Origin: Octopus sinensis
Lineage: Eukaryota
Length of the DNA: 64,000 nucleotides
Direction of reading: 5' to 3'
Assembly (NCBI RefSeq): GCF_006345805.1
Contig: NC_043005.1
Coordinates: 41,478,001-41,542,000 of the forward strand
This document shows, piece by piece, positions 62,521 to 64,000 of this stretch; position 1 is the stretch's first letter, and every line of letters begins with the position of its first letter. Made by a program: the position numbers and the translations under genes. The notes beneath the pieces were generated by a model, which saw only the letters and a program-made list of their open reading frames with translations, searched no databases and was not told the DNA's origin.

Positions 62521-63477
62521 CTCTTCGATACTTCATGGGTGTAGCCTCATCCCTTGGGATGTTTGGAAAACTCATATGTGTTTTGGCTGATGAATACTTG
62601 TATTTGCTGCAATATTTGCAGCTTTTAATGAAGCTGTTCTTCGTATGAAACAATTGTACTGAACAACTAATCCATTATTGTTGCTTTTTTCTTGTGTGTA
62701 TATATATTTACATATAAATACATATATAAATACGCACACATATATATATATCTTCATAAAAATATAAGTTTAAACGTATAAACATAGATAAATACATACA
62801 TATATCACACACATGCACACACATGCACACACATATGTTGCGTATGCATGACAAGTATCAAATTATATTAGAACTCATTATAGTTGTTTATTGCGTTAAA
62901 CCTCTATTAACATGCTAAGTGCACATATAGAATGTTGTATAAACAATAAAATGAGACATAAAGCAGGTAGAAAGCAAACTGCATTTGAATGGAGCGCAGA
63001 AAATGATATCCGTGGTATCAGAAAAGCGTCATTTCTACAGCTGTTTTAATAATTCTTACGCAACATAATTATTACTTAATTCTGAAAAAAAAGAAAACCA
63101 TCTCGTCTGAGAGGTGCTTTTATATATAATTTTTTTTAGAGTATTTCAAATGTCCCTTAACATGAGCAGGAGTTGTTGGGGACCATGATAGCCATGTGTT
63201 AAGAGGGATTGATTGGGGTTTGAATAAATGTAGCAAAAGCAAAGTTTGAAGGTAATACTAGCCATTTTTCATACTTAGGAGTAAGCAAATAGGAAATTGC
63301 TACCAACGGACAAAAACCGTGTTACACAGTATAATGACTTGAAAGATGGTGATGACAAAAACTGAAGTTAGTGCAATTAGTAGCGTTGTGTTGAATATGC
63401 CAAAGGTGGTCTTAGGTATTGTACACTCGTTTATTTCTATGGTGCATGAGGCATTTTATGTAATGGTGTGTAATGAA

Positions 63478-63699
63478 GGCGGCGAGCTGGCAGAAACGTT
63501 AGCACGCCAGGCGAAATGCGTAGCCGTATTTCGTCTGTCATTACGTTCTGAGTTCAAATTCCGCCGAGGTCGACTTTGTCTTTCATCCTTTCGGGGTCGA
63601 TAAATTAAGTACCATTTACGCACTGGGGTCGATGTAATCGACTTAATCCGTTTGTCTGTCCTATCTGTGTTTATCCCCTTGTGGGTTGTAAAGAAATAG
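63478..63699 (+). mobile_element. SINE family A, young, with TSD
   Basis: 13-14-bp TSD GGTGTGTAATGAA(G) at 63465-63478 and 63699-63712. Confidence 0.95.
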
Positions 63700-64000
63700 G
63701 TGTGTAATGAAGCTACCGTACAACCCTCAGTCATTAGCCGAATACACTGGCCTCTTGGATCTTTAGATAGTCTGTAATTCAAGGAACTACAATAAATTTA
63801 ACACCACATGTTACTTTTCTGATTTTTTAAAATGTAAAAGTTGTACATTTACAGGAGGATATGCGTAGCTCCATCCCTACATGGATGACATTGTTTCCCA
63901 TTTCCCCATAAATGTGTGACCTTAGGATTTTTGACTATAGACCCTATTTTATAATTGTTTCTTTCAAATACCAGAGTAGCTTGATCGGATAGCTGTGTTC

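Overview
AT-rich, microsatellite-laden animal genomic DNA. The SINE families, (TATG)n/(CA)n/(TA)n arrays and transposon mix point to a cephalopod, most likely Octopus (inference from recognised repeat types). No intact protein-coding gene, rRNA, tRNA or CRISPR array is supported; most listed ORFs are translated microsatellites. The window is largely decayed mobile DNA: two Ty3/Gypsy remnants, RTE, L1/Tx1, CR1 and RLE-type (R4/NeSL-like) LINE pieces, several Penelope-like element (PLE) remnants, at least six Tc1/mariner/pogo relics, one hAT element with unusually long inverted arms, Helitron-derived elements, piggyBac-like MITEs and about 20 tRNA-headed SINEs (three families, labelled A/B/C here). 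Most interesting signals: minimal hammerhead-ribozyme-like motifs in PLE-derived repeats (best at 55239-55286); several fold-back inverted repeats, one a perfect 36-bp palindrome; the long-armed hAT; RLE fragments abutting (TACA)n arrays; and a few unique-sequence islands with splice signals that may be small exons of a host gene with very large introns. All alignments and coordinates were read by eye, so boundaries are approximate unless a TSD or TIR is quoted.
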